Shown: positions 12,944 through 25,985 of the stretch, piece after piece
Numbering within the stretch: the first letter of the stretch is position 1
Layout: each line of letters opens with the position of its first letter
Assembly: GCF_963921235.1 (NCBI RefSeq)
Contig: NC_086097.1
Location: forward strand, 5,208,001-5,272,000
Direction: 5' to 3'
DNA length: 64,000 bases
From: Mobula hypostoma
Lineage: Eukaryota
Notes under the pieces: model-generated
Database searches by the model: none
What the model was told of the DNA's origin: nothing
The model's input: only the letters and a program-made list of their open reading frames with translations
Position numbers and translations under genes: made by a program

Positions 12944-13706
12944 TAATACACATGATTTGGACCTCTGGCATTCAGTTCTTCCCTGTCGTGAACTCCCAAT
13001 AGTATTTAAGCTGTAACATAATAACTTACCTTGCCTATCACATCCCCCGGGTCCCCTCCTCTTTCCCTTTCTCCCATTGTCCACTCTTCTCTACTATCAG
13101 ATTATTTCTTCTCCAGCACTTTACATTTTGCACCCACTTGGCTTTACCTATCACCTTCCAGCTATCTTCCTTCCCCTCCTCCTACCTTTTTATCCTGTCA
13201 TCTTCCCCTTTCCTTTCCAGTGCTGAAGATGGGTCTCGGCCTGAAACATCAACTGTTTATTCATTTCTGTTAAGATGTATTCTGGAGTTACGGAATAGAG
13301 CAAACATTAATTTCAACAGCAAGCAGCTTTCAGATTGGAATGTGGATTGTAAATTGAGTTTAAAATACAACTCAGAACAGTGGCCTTCCTGGAGTTGCAG
13401 ACTGGGGTCGATTGCAAACCAAGAAACACCCTATTGACCTGAGATATCTGCATTTGCGTGAATGCAGCTGAGTGACAGTGGTGATTAACATTCAGTTTAG
13501 AATGCCTTGAGTGTTGATGTGAAGATCTAGGTGTATGAATCAAAGTAAGCAGTATGAATGCATTGTGACTATAGAGTTGTCCTCTTGTTATCTTTGATCT
13601 TCAGTACATAAAAAATGTTATGTAATATTGGGTCAAGGAGGCCTTGTCTAAGAATGTCTCCAGTATGATGTCTGCTTGTTCTACTGAATAAAGACTACTG
13701 AATAAA

Positions 13707-14210
13707 GGCCTCCTCTACTGCAAAGATGAAGCCACACTCAGGTTGGAGGAACAACACCTTATATTCCGTCTGGGTAGCCTCCAACCCGATGGCATGAACA
13801 TTGACTTCTCTAACTTCCGCTAATGCCCCACCTCCCCCTCATACCCCATCCGTTATTTATTTATATACACACATTCTTTCTCTCACTCTCCTTTTTCTCC
13901 CTCTGACTATACCCCTTGCCCATCCTCTGGGATTCCCCCCCCCCTTTTCCTTGTCCCTGGGCCTCCTGTCCCATGATCCTCTCATATCCCCTTTGCCTAT
14001 CAACTGTCCAGCTCTTGGCTCCATCCCTTCCCCTCCTGTCTTCTCCTATCATTTTGGATCTCCCCCTCCCCCTCCCACTTTCAAATCTCTTACTAGCTCT
14101 TCCTTCAGTTAGTCCTGACGAAGGGTCTCGGCCCAAAACGTCGACTGTACCTCTTCCTTGAGATGCTGCCTGGCCTGCTGCATTCACCAGCAACTTTGAT
14201 GTGTGTTGCT
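13707..14210 (+). mobile_element. Penelope-like element 3' end (subfamily B)
   Basis: GLLYCKDEATLRLEEQHLIFRLG coding end plus 3' region; hammerhead-like motif at 14111-14146. Confidence 0.85.
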
Positions 14211-14959
14211 TTTATCCATTAGCTTCCATGTCTCCCGGTGACTTCATTCAGAGTCACTAGATTTGGGAGCTCATCTGGGATCTGAACCTAGGACATGTCA
14301 CATAGGTGCTGCCTGACCTGTTGAGTTCTTCAAGCATATTGTCTGTGTTGATTAACATTTTTCATGCAGCTTTCGAACAGACTTCGCCATGTAGATCCAC
14401 CATAATTACACAAGGATGTAAGATATAGATCACAAGTAGGTCATACATGCCCCTGAGTCTGCACCTCTACCAGGTAAGAGCACCTTCTGCTTCAATAATG
14501 GAAAAATATGCATAAGTAACCATGCAGGAAAATAACACCAAAGTACACATGATTAACTTCTCCTGAAAGATAACAGCATTGTGAAGAATTACTTCTCTAG
14601 TAGATTGAAAAATGAAATGTTATTGCTCACCTTTCGTCTCTTTCATTCAGCTGTGCTCAGTCAATCATTAATATTATTACTACAGAAAGAATCCAAGATC
14701 TGAGGGATCAATTAGGGCTGATGGTTGTATGTCGTGACAAGGGAATGAGGCAGTATTGACATTTGCCTCCTTTGGTTTGTGTCTGCTGGTCTTATTGTAC
14801 TAAAAGTAAATAAATTGGATTTTGTTGATGAAATTTTACTTCACAGATATAACTGTGCAATAAACCTTTTTACAAAATTGATTCAGTGGCAGAAACCTTC
14901 CATTCTAATGATATACGCACCTATGTTTTGTTTGGCTGTGGAGTGGGTTTGCTATTCTT

Positions 14960-15430
14960 AGATTCATAGAAAAGTACAGCACAGAAACAGGCCCTTCAGC
15001 CATCTAGTGTAACTAACCATTTAAACTGCCTACTCCCATCGACCTGCACTGACACTATAGCCCTCCATACCCCTAACATCCATGCACCTATCCAAACCAC
15101 TTAAACATTGAAATTGAGCTCTCATGCACCATTTGTGTTGGCAACTCATTCCACACTCTCATGACCCTCTGAATGAAGAAGTTTCCCCTCATGTTCTCCT
15201 TAAACTTTTCACCTTTCACTCTCAACCTATGACCTCTTGTTGTAGTCCCATCCAACCTCAGTGGAAAAGGCCAACTTGCATTTAGCCTATCTATACCCCT
15301 CATAATTTTGTATACCTCTATCAAATCTCCTTTCAGTCTTCTATGTTCCAAGGAATAACCTATTCAATCTTTCTTTTAACTTAGATCCCCCAGACCTGGA
15401 AACATCCTTAATGTTTCTGTACTCTTTCAA
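14960..15430 (-). mobile_element. CR1 3' fragment
   Basis: ORF 15088..15351 RRLKGDLIEVYKIM...NFFIQRVMRVWNELP is the CR1 ORF2 C-terminus. Confidence 0.8.
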
Positions 15431-16037
15431 CCTACATTTTCTTTGCTAATGGGGCTGATTGCTACTCTTACACTTTCGTCTCACCTGCATACTGTTAGTA
15501 GAACATTTATGTTTTTTGGGCCACATTAATATCCACTGCATTTATTTATCCAGTTTCTGGAAGACTGATCTTAATCCTAAATAAGTTGAAATAGAAATAA
15601 CATAAAAAAAGAAAAGTAAAATAAAATTGACTGATCTGGATATCTGAAACTTAAAAAATGCTGGAAATACTCAGTACATTAAAAGAGAAAAAGTAAGTGG
15701 ACCGTTGAAACAAAAAAAACCTGCCTGTGAGAGGCATGGAAGACAAAATTGCTGACAAGTGCTCACTGAATCTAGCTTCAACAGTGGTAGCCAATCAGTA
15801 GAAGAGAAATGTGGTCCAATATGAGCCTTTTGGCTCCAGGTTGAGACAAATACAGAGAACCATACACTCAGATTTGAACAGGAGCTCCCAGAAGTTCCTT
15901 GGAAGAGAGCTGAATTGACTGCAGTGCTTCTGTAATGGTTATCCATATCACACATGTTGTAACAAAATCACAATAGCTACAGCAATACCTTCAAAGTAAA
16001 CTACAAAGGTTTTCAAAATAGATCGAAGATTAATTAG

Positions 16038-16448
16038 CAAACACGAGGAAATCTACAGATGCTGGAAATTCAAGCAACACACACAAAATACTGGTGAACA
16101 CAGCAGGCCAGGCAGCATCTATAGTAAGAAGTACAGTCGACGTTTCGGGCCGAGACCCTTCGTCAGGACTAACTGAAAGAAGAGCTAGTAAGAGACTTGA
16201 AAGTGGAAGGGGGAGGGGGAGATCCAAAATGATAGGAAAAGACAGGAGGGGGAGGGATGGAGCCAAGAGCCGGACAGGTGATTGGCAAAATTATACAAGG
16301 TTGGAGAAGGGAGAGGATCATGGGACAAGAGGCCCAGGAGGAAAGAAAGGGGGCAGAGAGCACGAGAGGAAGATGGAGAGCAGGCAAGGAGTTATAGTGA
16401 GAGAGAAAAAAAGGGGAAAAAATAATTAATTGATAAATAAATAAATAA

Positions 16449-16480
<32 letters not shown>

Positions 16481-17049
16481 ATAAGGGATGGAGTAAGAAG
16501 GGGAGGAGGGGCATTAATGGAAGTTAGAGAAATCAATGTTTATGCCATCATTGCCTACCCATACGGAATAGAAGGTGTTGTTCCTCCAACCTGAGTGTGG
16601 CTTCATCTTGACCGTCGAGGAGGCCATGAATAGACATATCAGATTGGGAATGGGATGTGGAATTAAAATGTGTGGCCACTGGGAGATCCTGACTTCTCTG
16701 GCGGACAGAGCGTAGGTGTTCAGTGAAACGGTCTCCCAGTCTGCGTCAGGTCTCGCCAATATATAGAAGGCCACATCGGGAGCACCGGACGCGATATATC
16801 ACCCCAGCCGACTCACAGGTGAAGTGTCGCCTCACCTGGAAGGACTGTCTGGGGCCCTGATTGGTGGTGAGGGAGGAAGTGTAAGGGCATGTGTAGCACT
16901 TGTTCCGCTTACACGGATAAGTGCTGGGAGGGATATCGGTGGGAAGGGATGGGGGGTACGAATGGACAAGGGAGTCACGTAGGGAGCGATCCCTGTGGAA
17001 AGCAGGGGGGGGGGAGGGAAAGATGTGCTTGGTGGTAGGATCCCGTTGG
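16038..17049 (-). mobile_element. Penelope-like element (subfamily B), 5'-truncated
   Basis: GIY-YIG region KCYTCPYT...GVIY...GLLYIGET; TSD AGATTAATTAG at 16027-16037 and 17050-17060; internal (GATA)n tract. Confidence 0.9.
16135..16170 (-). ncRNA. Minimal type I hammerhead ribozyme motif (intact core)
   Basis: Reverse complement reads AGUC-CUGACGA-A-GGGU(CUCG)GCCC-GAAAC-GUC-GACU: conserved CUGANGA and GAAA boxes, GUC cleavage triplet, stem I AGUC/GACU and a loopless palindromic stem III (ACGU). Confidence 0.8.
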
Positions 17050-17566
17050 AGATTAATTAGATTTGAATATTGATATCCACAGAGGAATGCGCTGACTGGG
17101 ACATTCCAGGCTGTGGAGTACTGTACCTGCTGAGCGACACACTGAGGCTTGAGGCCACCAGTACAAGGCTCTGGGGAAAGGACCACAGTGTAGGGTTTTT
17201 TCCTGCTGGAGAGTAGTGGGCTGGGTTGGAGGAGGAAGACCCTCAATTACTGCGATAGCATATACCACAGTGGCAGCAGTGCTAGTGATGTGTGTGAATG
17301 GAATAGAACAGGGCACAAAACAAAGACAAAAAGGCATTGCACCGTTTAGTTTTGTAAATAATTTTTTATGCTGACAAAAACTGGTACAGAAAACATAGAC
17401 ATTAACAAACTGAGAGCTTGTTAAGAGCCATGTCCAAGTTCAAGGAGAATAATGTTGTTCTCTTTGAACTTAGACAAGGCTCTTAACAAGCTGGGTTGTA
17501 GAGGCACTGCACCAGTTGCCTCCATCTCTCACGATTGTGGGCGAGTGCCTGGTTACGGCAAAGCTC

Positions 17567-17832
17567 TCTCCGTTCCACTCTGCAATGCTGTCTGCCCATT
17601 TCCTCCCCTGCCTTCCGTCCTCTCCGTTCCACTCTACAATGCTGTCTGCCCATTTCCTCCCCTGCCTTCCGCTCTCTCCGTTCCACTCTACAATGCTGTC
17701 TGCCCATTTCCTCCCCTGCCTTCCGCTCTCTCCGTTCCACTCTACAATGCTGTCTGCCCATTTCCTCCTCTGTCTGCCACTCTCCGTTCCACTCTACAAT
17801 GCTGTCTGCCCATTTCCTCCTCTGTCTGCCGC
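17567..17832. repeat. Minisatellite, about 5 copies of a 54-bp unit
   Basis: Unit CTCTCCGTTCCACTCTACAATGCTGTCTGCCCATTTCCTCCCCTGCCTTCCGCT; last copies slightly shorter. It abuts an RTE-like 3' end on the minus strand (AHNRERWRQLVQCL). Confidence 0.9.
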
Positions 17833-18319
17833 TTTTTCGTTTCAACTGCACAATAATACAGAGCAATACATAATAAAAGAACTAGAAATTATAACAAGGA
17901 ATATATCAACTAAAAATTAAATTAAATAAGTTGTGTAAAACGAGAACAAAATAAGAAAACAAATAGTAAGGTATGTTCATGAGCTTATTGTTCATTCAGA
18001 AATCTGATAGCGGAGGGAAGAAACTGTTTCTGAAATGATGAGTGTGTGTCTTCAGGCTCCTGTGCCTTCTCCTTCATGGTAGCAATGGGAAGAGGGCACT
18101 TCTCGGGTGATGGGGGTCCTTCATTACAGACGCCACCTTTCTGAGGCACTGCCTTTTGAAGAAGTCCGTGATGCTGGGGAGGTGAGTGCCCAGGATGGAG
18201 CTGGCTGCAGCTACTTGTATGAGTTCACCACTTCACCATCACCACCAGTTTGGATGTAGGAGCCCATTGTGACTGTAGAAATAGCCAGGAGTGAACCAAA
18301 ATGACCAAGCCCAATGCTT

Positions 18320-18605
18320 TTTTGATTTATCAGTTCAGCCACAGTGCAGTGTAGGCCCTTCTGGTCCTTCCCCTGCAACCCCACAACCCCAAATATCCCT
18401 AATCAAATCATGGGACAATTTACAATGACCAATTAACCTACCCGGTATGTCTTTGGACTGTGGCAGGAAACTGAAGTATATGGGGAAAGCCCATACGTTC
18501 CACAGGCGAACGTGTAGAGACTCCTTACTGAACAACACTGGAATTGAACTCTGAACTACGACACCCTGAGCTGTAATAGCGTCTCACTAACCTCTACATT
18601 ACCAT
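18320..18605 (-). mobile_element. tRNA-derived SINE (V-SINE-like)
   Basis: A/B-box-like head, central TTCCTCCCACAGTCCAAAGAC-type core. Related copies at about 21240-21530, 21570-21705, 29645-29925, 38980-39250 and 39690-39960. Confidence 0.65.
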
Positions 18606-20349
18606 GGCATCCAGCTCTTCATTACAGCCTAATATGGAAACACCATTGCCTTTGACCAGAAAACCCTACAAAAGGTACTGGATTCAGCCCAGTACATCAA
18701 GGGGTAAAGTTCTCCCAACCACTGAGCACATCTACATGAAAGGCTGTCATAGGAAAGCAGCATCCATCATCAGAGATCCCCCATCGCCCAGGCCATGCTC
18801 TGTTCTCACTGCTGCCATCAGGAAGAAGGTACAAGAGCCTTGACATTCACGCCAACAGGTTGAAGAACAGTTAATATCCCTCAACCATCAGGCTCTTGAA
18901 TAAAAGGGGATAGCTACACTCACTTGTCCCATCATTGAAATGCCCGTACAACCAATGATCTCACTTTCAACGACTCTTTATCTTATTATCTCATGTCCTT
19001 CTTATTTATTACTATTTATTTATATTTGCATTTGAACAGTTTATTGTCATCTACAGTCTGGCTGATCTTTCATTGATCCTGTTATAGTTATTATTCTATA
19101 GATTTGCTGAGAATGTCCAGAAGAAAATGAATCTCAGGATTGGAGATGGTGATATATATTTATTTTGATAATAAAATTTCATAAAATGCCATCAGGTAGA
19201 AGGTACAAGGTCCTCTGGACTTGCACCACCAGGTTCAAGAACAAATTGAATTGTTGAATGTTGAATTGACTTTATTTCTTACATCCTTCACATACATGAG
19301 GAGTAAAAATCTTTACGTTACGTCTCCAACTAAATGTGAAATCTAAACTACCCCACAACCATCAACCATCAGGCTTTTGAACAAAATGGGATAATTACAC
19401 TCATTTAAGGACTCTTTTATCTTGTTATTTCATGTTCGTTATTTATTGCTATTTATTTATTACCTGTATTTGTACAGCTTGTTGTCCATTGATCCTGTTT
19501 ACATGTATGGGTCGATAGTATGCCCACAGAAAAGGAATCTCAGGTTTGTACTAAGTGACATCTATGTACTCTGATAATAAATTTTACTTTGAACTTTTGA
19601 ATTTTGAACTTCACTTTGAACTTTGAAGACCAATTTTATGCATCTAGAGCATGTAACTAAGATGTAGTATTGATTTACCTTTGACAATGGTGAGATATTC
19701 ATGAAAACACATCCTCATTTTTCACAATTTCTTTATATGTCTGACAACGCTCTAAATTATCTCTAACTTGGTAGTGTAGCAGTTAGCGCTATGCTGTTAC
19801 GGCTCGGAGCATTTGGTGCAATTGTTACCAGTATAGTTCCAAGGACGAGTTTAGTGTCCCACTTGACTATTTGAGAGAAAGAAGGACAGATTTCACTGAT
19901 GGAGAGAAATAACTTTAAAAGGCTGATAACCTTTCAACCTTGTTTATGGTGCTAACATGAAACTTAAAGACTAACGAAACTAAATGGAACAAGCACATCG
20001 ACCCCCAAATCCACCCGTGCCCCACAAAATAAAACAGAAAGTTCGGGCAAAAAACCACAGAATGTAAAAAACCATAAGCGTGAAAAAAAAAGTCTATAGC
20101 CCAGGTCCATGATACTCTCCGGGCACAGTAGGGTGATGAAAAGGCAGGTCAGCAAGTGCCCACATTCGCCTCCATGTTTCAATCTCCCTTGTCACTTCAA
20201 TCGGTGAAGAATGGAAGTTTAATTGGTGAAATAGAATCAAACATTGGCTCCATTTGCTTCGGGTTTTGAATTCTATTATTCTAGAATTGAAAGAGAACCA
20301 TTGAAGTCACTCCCATTGCCACTTTCTCAGTGAGCTACTCATTTTAAGA

Positions 20350-21180
20350 GAATCATAAATCAATACAACACGGAAACAGGCGCTTCTGCCCAACCCTTCC
20401 ATGCTGAGCCAGTTACCGAACTGAGAGAGTCCCATTTAAGACATAAAACGATACATCAAGGGAGTAGAATTATGCCATTTGGTCCATCGAGTTTGCTCCA
20501 CCATACCATAATGACTGATTTATTATTCCTCTCAATCCCATTCTCCTGCTGGTAGCCTGTAACCATTGATGACCTGACTGATCAAGAACCGTTTTAAAAA
20601 TGCTCAATTTCTTGGACTCAACAGCTATCTGTGGCAATGAGTTGCACAGTTTCACCACCCTCCTCATCTCTGTTCTAAATGGATGTCTCTCTATTTGGGG
20701 GAACTTCTTTACTCAGAGAGTGGTAGCTGTGTGGAACGAGCTTCCAGCAGAAGTGGTTGAGGCAGGTTCGATGTTGTTGTTTAAAGTTAAATTGGATAGA
20801 TATATGGACAGGAAAGGATTGGAGGGTTATGGGCTGAGTGCAGGTCGGTGGGACTAGGTGAGAGTAAGAGTTCGGCATGGACTAGAAGGGCCAAGATGGC
20901 CTGTTTCCGTGCTGTAATTGTTATACGGTTATATGGTTATTTGCCTGTATTTAGCTCGGATCCATCTAAACCTTCCCTACTCATGTTCAAATGCCATTTA
21001 AATATCGTAATTGCACCCACATTCACCATTTCCTCATTACATGCACTCACCATGTTGAGTGTGTTGCTCCATAGCTCCCTATTAAATCATTTCCTCTCAC
21101 GTTAAAGCTATGCCCCCCCAATTTTGGACTCCCCTACCTTGGGTAAAAGATTTTGGCTAGTTTTCCTTATCTCTGCCCTG
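20350..21180. mobile_element. Nested CR1 3' fragments (host on minus strand, with a head-to-head -/+ pair inside)
   Basis: Host CR1 tail split at ATTT (20434-20437 and 20939-20942). The insert is a minus-strand CR1 end (20438-~20695) plus a plus-strand CR1 end (~20697-20938). Confidence 0.7.
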
Positions 21181-22469
21181 ATTAATATTCCCAGACAACT
21201 AACTATCCCAGTTTCCATTGTCTTTACTTAAGAATGTTGGGGCTCCACAGTAGCATAACGGCTAGTGCAATGCTATTTCAGCTCGGGGCATTGGAGCTCG
21301 GAGGTCAATCCCCACATCATCTGTAAGGAGTCTGTACGTCCTCCCTGTGGAGTGTGTGGATTTTCTCCAGTTGCTTCAGTTTTCTACAGTCCAGAGATGT
21401 ACCAGTAAGTAGATTAGCTGCTCATTGTAAATTGCCCTATGATTAGGTTACGGTTCAATTGACGGCCTGCTGGGCAGTGCAGCTTGAAAGGCTGGAAAGG
21501 CTTGTTCCACGCTGAATCTCCATAAGCTAAACAAAAAAATAAACAAGAGTAAATTAAAAACATAATTAGTTAACTGTGGGAGTAAACCAGAGCACCAGGA
21601 GGAAACCCATGCAGTCATGTGGAGAACATACAAACCCCTTACAGGCAGTGACGGGAATTGAACCCTGGTCACTGGTACTGTAAAGCATCATGCTAACCAC
21701 TGTGCATGGACTTGTATTACTTTGTTAGGACTCCTTCTGTAAGGAGTTTGTACGCTCTCCCCATGGGTTTCCTCCGGGTTTCCTCCCACAGTCCAAAGGT
21801 GGTAGTTGTTTAATTGGTAACATGGATGCAGCACAGGCTCACTGGGCCAGAGGGTGTGTTACCATCAATTAATCAATCAATAGGTAAATATAAAGAAATA
21901 GTACAGTTTACCAAAGATCGTTGTGCAGGATTGTAAAATGTTGGTTTTAGTTTTAGTCAGTAAATCATCAGTTGAGAGTAGCGGCATATGAACCTGTCAA
22001 AACAATGCTCCAGGATTCATTCCTTTCCATCATGAGAGAACGGAGGTGTGGCGATTCACAGCACTGTTGTAGAGAAGAACTGTCAGCTTATGATGGATCG
22101 AGTTTCCCAAAGGGAATAAAAAGCTCTGACTGAAATAACTTAATTTGGGTTGGTGTTGTCCTGTGAAATCCCAGGGAAAATAACAGCATCAGAGGAAGGT
22201 CATTTGATACCAAACAATTGGTTTATTGATCATTGCAGAATGTCTTTCTGGTGCTTCCCACTCCCTCCCTTCTCCCTTCCCCTTTACCTGACCATGATTC
22301 CCCTCTCCCTGCCCCCTTCCCACTCACTGTCTACAATAGAGACCCATATCAGAATCAGATTTATCAACACTTATATATGTCATGATTTTTTTTGCGGCAG
22401 CAGTACAGTGCAATACATTAAATCACTACAGTACTGTGCAAAAGGCTTCAGCACCCTCGCTAAATGTAA

Positions 22470-23530
22470 GTGCCATGTGCTTCCCTGGTGTCATGGATTC
22501 TTGATTACTTGACTGGCAGACCACAGTACGTGTGCTTGCAACACTGTGTGTCTGACAGAGTGATCAGCAGCACTGGGGCTCCACAGGGGAATGTCTTGTC
22601 TCCATTTCTCTTCACCATTTACACCTCGGACTGCAACTACTGCACAGAGTCTTGTCATCTTCAGAAGTTTTCTGATGACTCTGCCATAGTTGGATGCATC
22701 AGCAAGGGAGATGAGGCTGAGTACAGGGCTACGGTAGGAAACTTTGTCACATGGTGTGAGCAGAATTATCTGCAGCTTAATGTGAAAAAGACTAAGGAGC
22801 TGGTGGTAGACCTGAGGAGAGCTAAGGTACCGGTGACCCCTGTTTCCATCCAGAGGGTCAGTGTGGACATGGTGGAGGATTACAAATACCTGGGGATACG
22901 AATTGACAATAAGCTGGACTGGTCAAAGAACACTGAGGCTGTCTACAAGAAGGGTCAGAGCCGTCTCTATTTCCTAAGGAGACTGAGGTCCTTTAACATC
23001 TGCCGGACGATGCTGAGGATGTTCTACGAGTCTGTGGTGGCCAGTGCTATCATGTTTGCTGTTGTGTGCTGGGGCAGCAGGCTGAGGGTAGCAGACACCA
23101 ACAGAATCAACAAGCTCATTCGTAAGGCCAGTGATGTTGTGGGGATGGAACTGGACTCTCTCACGGTGGTGTCTGAAAAGAGGATGCTGTCTAAGTTGCA
23201 TGCCATCTTGGACAATGTCTCCCATCCACTACATAATGTACTGGGTGGGCACAGGAGTACATTCAGCCAGAGACTCATTCCACCGAGATGTAACACTGAG
23301 TGTCATAGGAAGTCATTCCTGCCTGTGACCATCAAACTTTACAACTCCTCCCTTGGAGGGTCAGACACCCTGAGCCAATAGGCTGGTCCTGGACTTATTT
23401 CATAATTTACTGGCATAATTTACATATTACTATTTAACTATTTATGGTTCTATTACTATTTATTATTTATGGTGCAACTGTAACGAAAACCAATTTCCCC
23501 CGGGATTAATAAAGTATGACTATGACAATG
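22470..23530 (+). mobile_element. Rex1/Babar-type LINE, 5'-truncated, young
   Basis: Uninterrupted 303-aa ORF: STGAPQG.VLSPFLF, KFSDD, LNVKKTKELVVD, YKYLG, RLYFLRRL, HPLH. 3' AATAAAGTATGACTATGAC tail. Confidence 0.9.
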
Positions 23531-25675
23531 AAGTTTAGATGGTGGGGTAGAGAAACTTAAGGATTTGTAGCAGCAGTACAGTACATTGCATAAAATTATC
23601 ATAACACAAAAATAATTAAATGGTGTAAAAGAGAAATCGTAAGGCAGTGAACATGGATTCGTAGATGCAGCCTGGCCTGCAGAGTTCCTCCAGCATTTTG
23701 TATGTGTTGCTCGCCTTACCCAGTGTGATGTGTGATGGAAATGAACTTTACCCTCTTCTGAATCTTCTTGCTCTTCATTTGCTTCGATTTTGTAGTCAGC
23801 GAGCAAAGGAATTAAAGGAAACTTTAATTTTCCCTCCTGAGTGGGTTATATCCGGTAGAACACAGGGCTATTTGAGTTGTAAATGCGGGGTAATTATTCA
23901 CAATTAGCACACATCAAATCAATGTGTGTGTGTTTTTCTCAGTAGTCCTTTGCATCCCAATTAACTCTATGTGGTATAAAAATAATCAAGTGGAATATTA
24001 AATGCGTCCATCCAATTTAAACCGTCTAGTAGGTGAGAATACTTGACCTCTCAACAAGATGGTCTAACTTTCAATCCATGTTAAAATAAACAAGTGAGCC
24101 AAAGACGGTTCAGCACTGACTGGATGGGCTGAAGGACCTGTTTATGTGCTGCACTTTGACTCTGTGAGACTATGACTCTACGTTATAGCAAATTCTGCTC
24201 CAGAAAGTGCAAACATTATATTTCAGGAAATAATGTATTAAAATTGGAAAGGAATTCCACTCTTAAAAAAAAAGCTCAGGACTGCCAGGGATGAAGGTGT
24301 AGTTAGCAAAAATTTCCTGTAGTTGTGTGATTTTTAAGGTGCTTTTAAAATGTCACAAATTCTGGACACGCTCCGATACAGTGGCTGCTCTGTGACCAAT
24401 CAAAGGTGTAATTGTTCATCCTTCACATCTTTTTCAAAGTAGCAAGGTACGTTTGTATATTAAAAACATGAAGAACTGTGGGTCTATCCCATTGTCGAGT
24501 TGCTCGATAGCGCGGGAGCTAGGCTTGAGCTGAGGCCTGCTGCAGAAACTCAAGGAGGAAGGCCTCAGAGGTGATGTGGGGAGGCTGTACACAGTGCAAC
24601 AAACAGTGCAAATGATTGTATTTTTGTGTTCCGTTGAATGACAATTAAACTTGAACCTGAAATTGACTTGATGGTCTTTTTGAATGACCTTAAAACAGTA
24701 CACTGTGTCAAAATAATGAGACGATAGAAGGTGAAGTTGTGACTCCTTGTAGCCCAGGGAAATGTAAGAGAGGCGGATAAAAAGAGATAATATCACTCCT
24801 GTTTATTAGTCAATAGACTGGTGTGGGAAGTTCCTGGGGAGTTTCTAATTATCTTACCAGCAGGATCCCTGACAAAACAGCATAATTGGCAGAATTCACA
24901 ACATGTCTTTGGGGCTTCCTCCAATCAAGTGTCTCAGTTACAGCTGGAGAATGGGGAATTCCCTGCTGAATTTATAGTCTACTCCATTTGCAGTTGGCAG
25001 ATGTCCAGTGAAAGACTGTTTAACTAAGTAGCAAGTATAAAGCACTGGTAATGTATTCAAGAACCAAAGATGCTATGTAAAATACCCCTTGACATTTGTA
25101 CCCCAGAATAATAATTCTATCTATGAAATGTATCAATGCCTCTCATAATCTTATAAACTTCCATCAGGTCTTTGTTAGCCTCAGAAGTTCCAGATTAATC
25201 AATCCAAGTTTCTCCAATTTATACCATTGAGTCTAGGCAGCATCCTAATAAATATCTTCCACAATGTTTTCAAAGCCCCCACACCCTTCCCGTAATGTAA
25301 GAAAGCAAGATATTTATATGAAGCTGGAATGAAGAATGTAGCTTAGCAGGTAGCAAATGCCATTACGGCTTGGGGCATGGAGTTCAGAGTTCAATTCTGG
25401 TGTCTTCTGTAAGGAGTCTGTATGTCCTCCCCATTGAATGCGTGGGTTTTCTCTGGATCATACTGATTATGGGCACCAATCCATTCACTGATATATTCTC
25501 CATTTGGCCTTCAATGGTCCGATCTACGTGCAACGTTGAACTGAACTAAACTGAATACTACTGGACTCTTGGTCGGATGTTCAATATTCTCTGTGTTCTC
25601 CACTTGCTTTTTGCCATTTGTGCAATTTGTTCTTTTCTCGTGAGTTAGGTGTTTGAAGTTTTCTTGAATAGGTTC

Positions 25676-25985
25676 TGTGCCATATAGCCTACATTATAAT
25701 AAGGGACTACTTTATGTTCAAAGCCAAGATTGGACTCATAAGCCACTTCAGAGCCCATAAGGAGATCAACAGAACGAAGACCATCATCCTCGACCTCAAG
25801 AGATAGCCACGATGACAACGACTTTATGTTTTAGTCACACGTCGTTGTCTGCGCTATTAGGCGCGTATTGATCTGTACGTGTGTGCTGAGTTCGGATTCG
25901 GCCGGTAAAGAACCATGAAACTTAGATCCCATCTCCAGCATTTTTATTAACAGCATTGTTGTGTAGCCAGACCACATACACAACA
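25676..25985 (+). repeat. 5' LTR (198 bp plus a 112-bp insertion)
   Basis: Aligns end to end with 29034-29231 after removing 25719-25830; about 17 substitutions by manual count. Confidence 0.93.
25719..25820 (+). mobile_element. RTE LINE extreme 3' end inserted in the 5' LTR
   Basis: Translates KAKIGLISHFRAHK, resembling the RTE C-terminal C2H2 finger end; 10-bp TSD ACTTTATGTT (25709-25718, 25821-25830); absent from the 3' LTR. Confidence 0.75.

Noticed and set aside
14560..14960. Non-repetitive stretch that might be a conserved enhancer (similarly 24200-25050 and 50160-50600)
   Set aside because: Conservation cannot be judged without alignments; no support from the sequence alone.
17452..17920. 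Repetitive ORFs in several frames; CRISPR-like appearance
   Set aside because: Contiguous 54-bp tandem units with no unique spacers and no cas genes, in a eukaryotic context.
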